NCBI GenBank assembly: GCA_963577695.1 | Contig: CAUZAY010000001.1 | Coordinates: forward strand, 1 to 58,325 | Origin: Vicinamibacteria bacterium | GTDB lineage: Bacteria; Acidobacteriota; Vicinamibacteria; Vicinamibacterales; UBA8438 | DNA: 58,325 nucleotides | Direction of reading: 5' to 3' | Part shown: piece after piece, positions 57,002 through 58,325 of the stretch | Position numbering within the stretch: the stretch's first letter is position 1 | Layout of the letters: the number at the start of each line of letters is the position of its first letter | Notes under the pieces: generated by a model | Seen by the model: only the letters and a program-made list of their open reading frames with translations | Database searches by the model: none | Told to the model about the DNA's origin: nothing | Position numbers and translations under genes: made by a program

Positions 57002-58325
57002 GTGCGTCAAGTTTCAACGACCAGCGAGCGCGGCGCGACGACACATGCGGCGTGTCTGATGGTTCTGCTCACCATCGGGCTCTGTCTCGGCCCATCGACG
57101 ACCGAGGCACAGCCAGGCGCTACAGGTGGCCCCGGCGCGCTCGTGGGACGGTTCGAGCGGAACGCCCCGTCTCTGGGTGACCGGCTGCCAAATCTGCCGG
57201 TCTACGACCGGGAGGGTCAGCAGCACCGTCTCACGACGCTGCTGCGTGGTCGCTACACGGTGCTCGTACTCGGCTGTCTCACTTGACCGCCATTCCTCGC
57301 CAACGTCTCCCGGGTGGAGACGATCGAACGCGACTACACGCCACAGGGTGTCCAGTTCTATTACCTGTACAAACAGCTCGCTCATCCAGAGCTCGACCAC
57401 TACGTCGACCCCTACACGCTCGAAGAACGGCTCATGCACGTGGCACAGGCTGAGCGACAGCTCGGGTCGCGTATTCCGTGGATCGCGGATGCGATGACCA
57501 ACGAGTTGAAACATGCCCTGGGTGACATGCCCAACTCGGAATTCATCATCGACCCGGACGGACGCGTAGTGAACCGCCGAGCCTGGAGCGACCCTGAGGC
57601 GCTCCGCACCGACCTCGAGCGGCTCATCGGACCGGTGGCGGAGCCGACCCGTGTGTCCGACCTCGACCTGCCGTCCACGCCGCCAGTGGCCACCGTGGCC
57701 AAGGGCATCGTGCCACGTCTGACACCACCCGGGCGCATGAGCACCCTCACGGTTCGCCCCGACCTGGACGGTACGGAGCTGCCGTTCTACACCAAGCTCC
57801 GGGCCGACGTCGACACCGAATTTCTACGCACTGGCGCCGGCACACTGTTGCTCGGGTTTCACATCGATCCGCTGTATCACATGCATTGGAACAATCTGGC
57901 GCCCCCGTTGACCTGGGCGGTGACGGCGCCGGACGGGGTGCGCGTCACGCCGTCGTCGGCCACGTTCGCCACCATCGAGGAGCCGGCAGACGCCGATCCG
58001 CGTGAGTTCCTCGTCGACCTCGCCGCCGACGACATGACCGCGTCGTTCGACCTGAGCGTCACCTACTACGCGTGTGACGATGCCAACACCTTCTGCATCC
58101 CGGTGACCCAGGGCTACGCGGTCAGCCTGGGGGTGGACCCGGACGCCGGCCGGGTGTTTGGCGCCGGACGTGGAGGGGGTCGGTTTGGAGGGCGCGGTGG
58201 GCCGGGCGGGATGGTCGAGCGCGTCAATCGAGTCAGAGGCTGGGACACGAACGGCGACGGTCTGGTGGCCCGGAGCGAAGCGCCGGAACCGATGCGAGAC
58301 GTGTTTGACCGGATGGACGAAAACG
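57002..58325 (+). CDS. Candidate selenoprotein: secreted iodothyronine-deiodinase-like thioredoxin-fold domain (CxxU) fused to a DsbD-alpha-like domain and an EF-hand-like motif. It has an in-frame TGA at 57284..57286 and its 3' end lies beyond the window.
   Basis: The track ORF 57002..57286 ends ..RGRYTVLVLGCLT-TGA. I translated the same frame codon by codon and it stays open for all remaining 1039 nt (PPFLANVSRVETIERDYTPQGVQFYYLYKQLAHPELDHY...DAMTNELKHALGDMPNSEFIIDPDGRVVNRRAWSDPEALRTDLERLIG...). This matches the deiodinase pattern FGSxT-U-PxF...IYIxEAHxxD...P.R.YII..G.I. The downstream part has HIDPLYHMHWNN..YYACDDANTFCIPV and DTNGDGLVARSE. Confidence 0.65.
57304..57322 (+). promoter_or_regulatory. 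SECIS-like hairpin 17 nt downstream of the in-frame UGA
   Basis: CGTCTCC (57304..57310) / loop CGGGT / GGAGACG (57316..57322), a perfect 7-bp stem. The apical loop starts 24 nt after the UGA and has G at its second position. Confidence 0.5.

Overview
GC-rich (about two-thirds G+C by eye) chromosomal segment. It looks most like an Acidobacteriota-type genome, because it carries two PadR/ADOP-style modules and several planctomycete-type cytochrome/DUF gene pairs. I support about 43 protein-coding loci and found no rRNA, tRNA or CRISPR array. Content from left to right: (1) a rearranged quinohemoprotein amine dehydrogenase locus (qhpA 5' part, qhpG-, qhpF- and qhpE-like genes) ending at an IS630 transposase fragment; (2) two paralogous, translationally coupled modules of secreted ankyrin-repeat protein + DUF1592-family haem c protein + DUF1552 protein, one of them fused to a PQQ dehydrogenase gene by a GTGA overlap; (3) a PSCyt1/PSCyt2/PSD1 + DUF1501 pair, three PQQ-type dehydrogenases and a 2Fe-2S/molybdopterin oxidoreductase pair, so the window is heavily periplasmic-redox; (4) a tightly overlapped six-gene operon (secreted alpha/beta-hydrolase-domain protein, SAM methyltransferase, FolB, SDR, two-HKD PLD, CYTH) whose composition I cannot match to a known pathway; (5) a tandem PARP-type zinc-finger protein, divergent from a VOC gene, each preceded by a ~167-nt long-stem inverted-repeat element; (6) an AT-richer aqpZ islet lying between an orphan PadR gene and a 5'-truncated katG; (7) at the right edge, a thioredoxin-fold ORF with an in-frame TGA at the position of the deiodinase-family selenocysteine, followed by a SECIS-like hairpin. 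Several genes are disrupted (two 1-nt frameshifts, one in-frame TAA, three truncations), which is either real decay or assembly error. Most long ORFs in the track that lie antisense to these genes are high-GC shadow ORFs.
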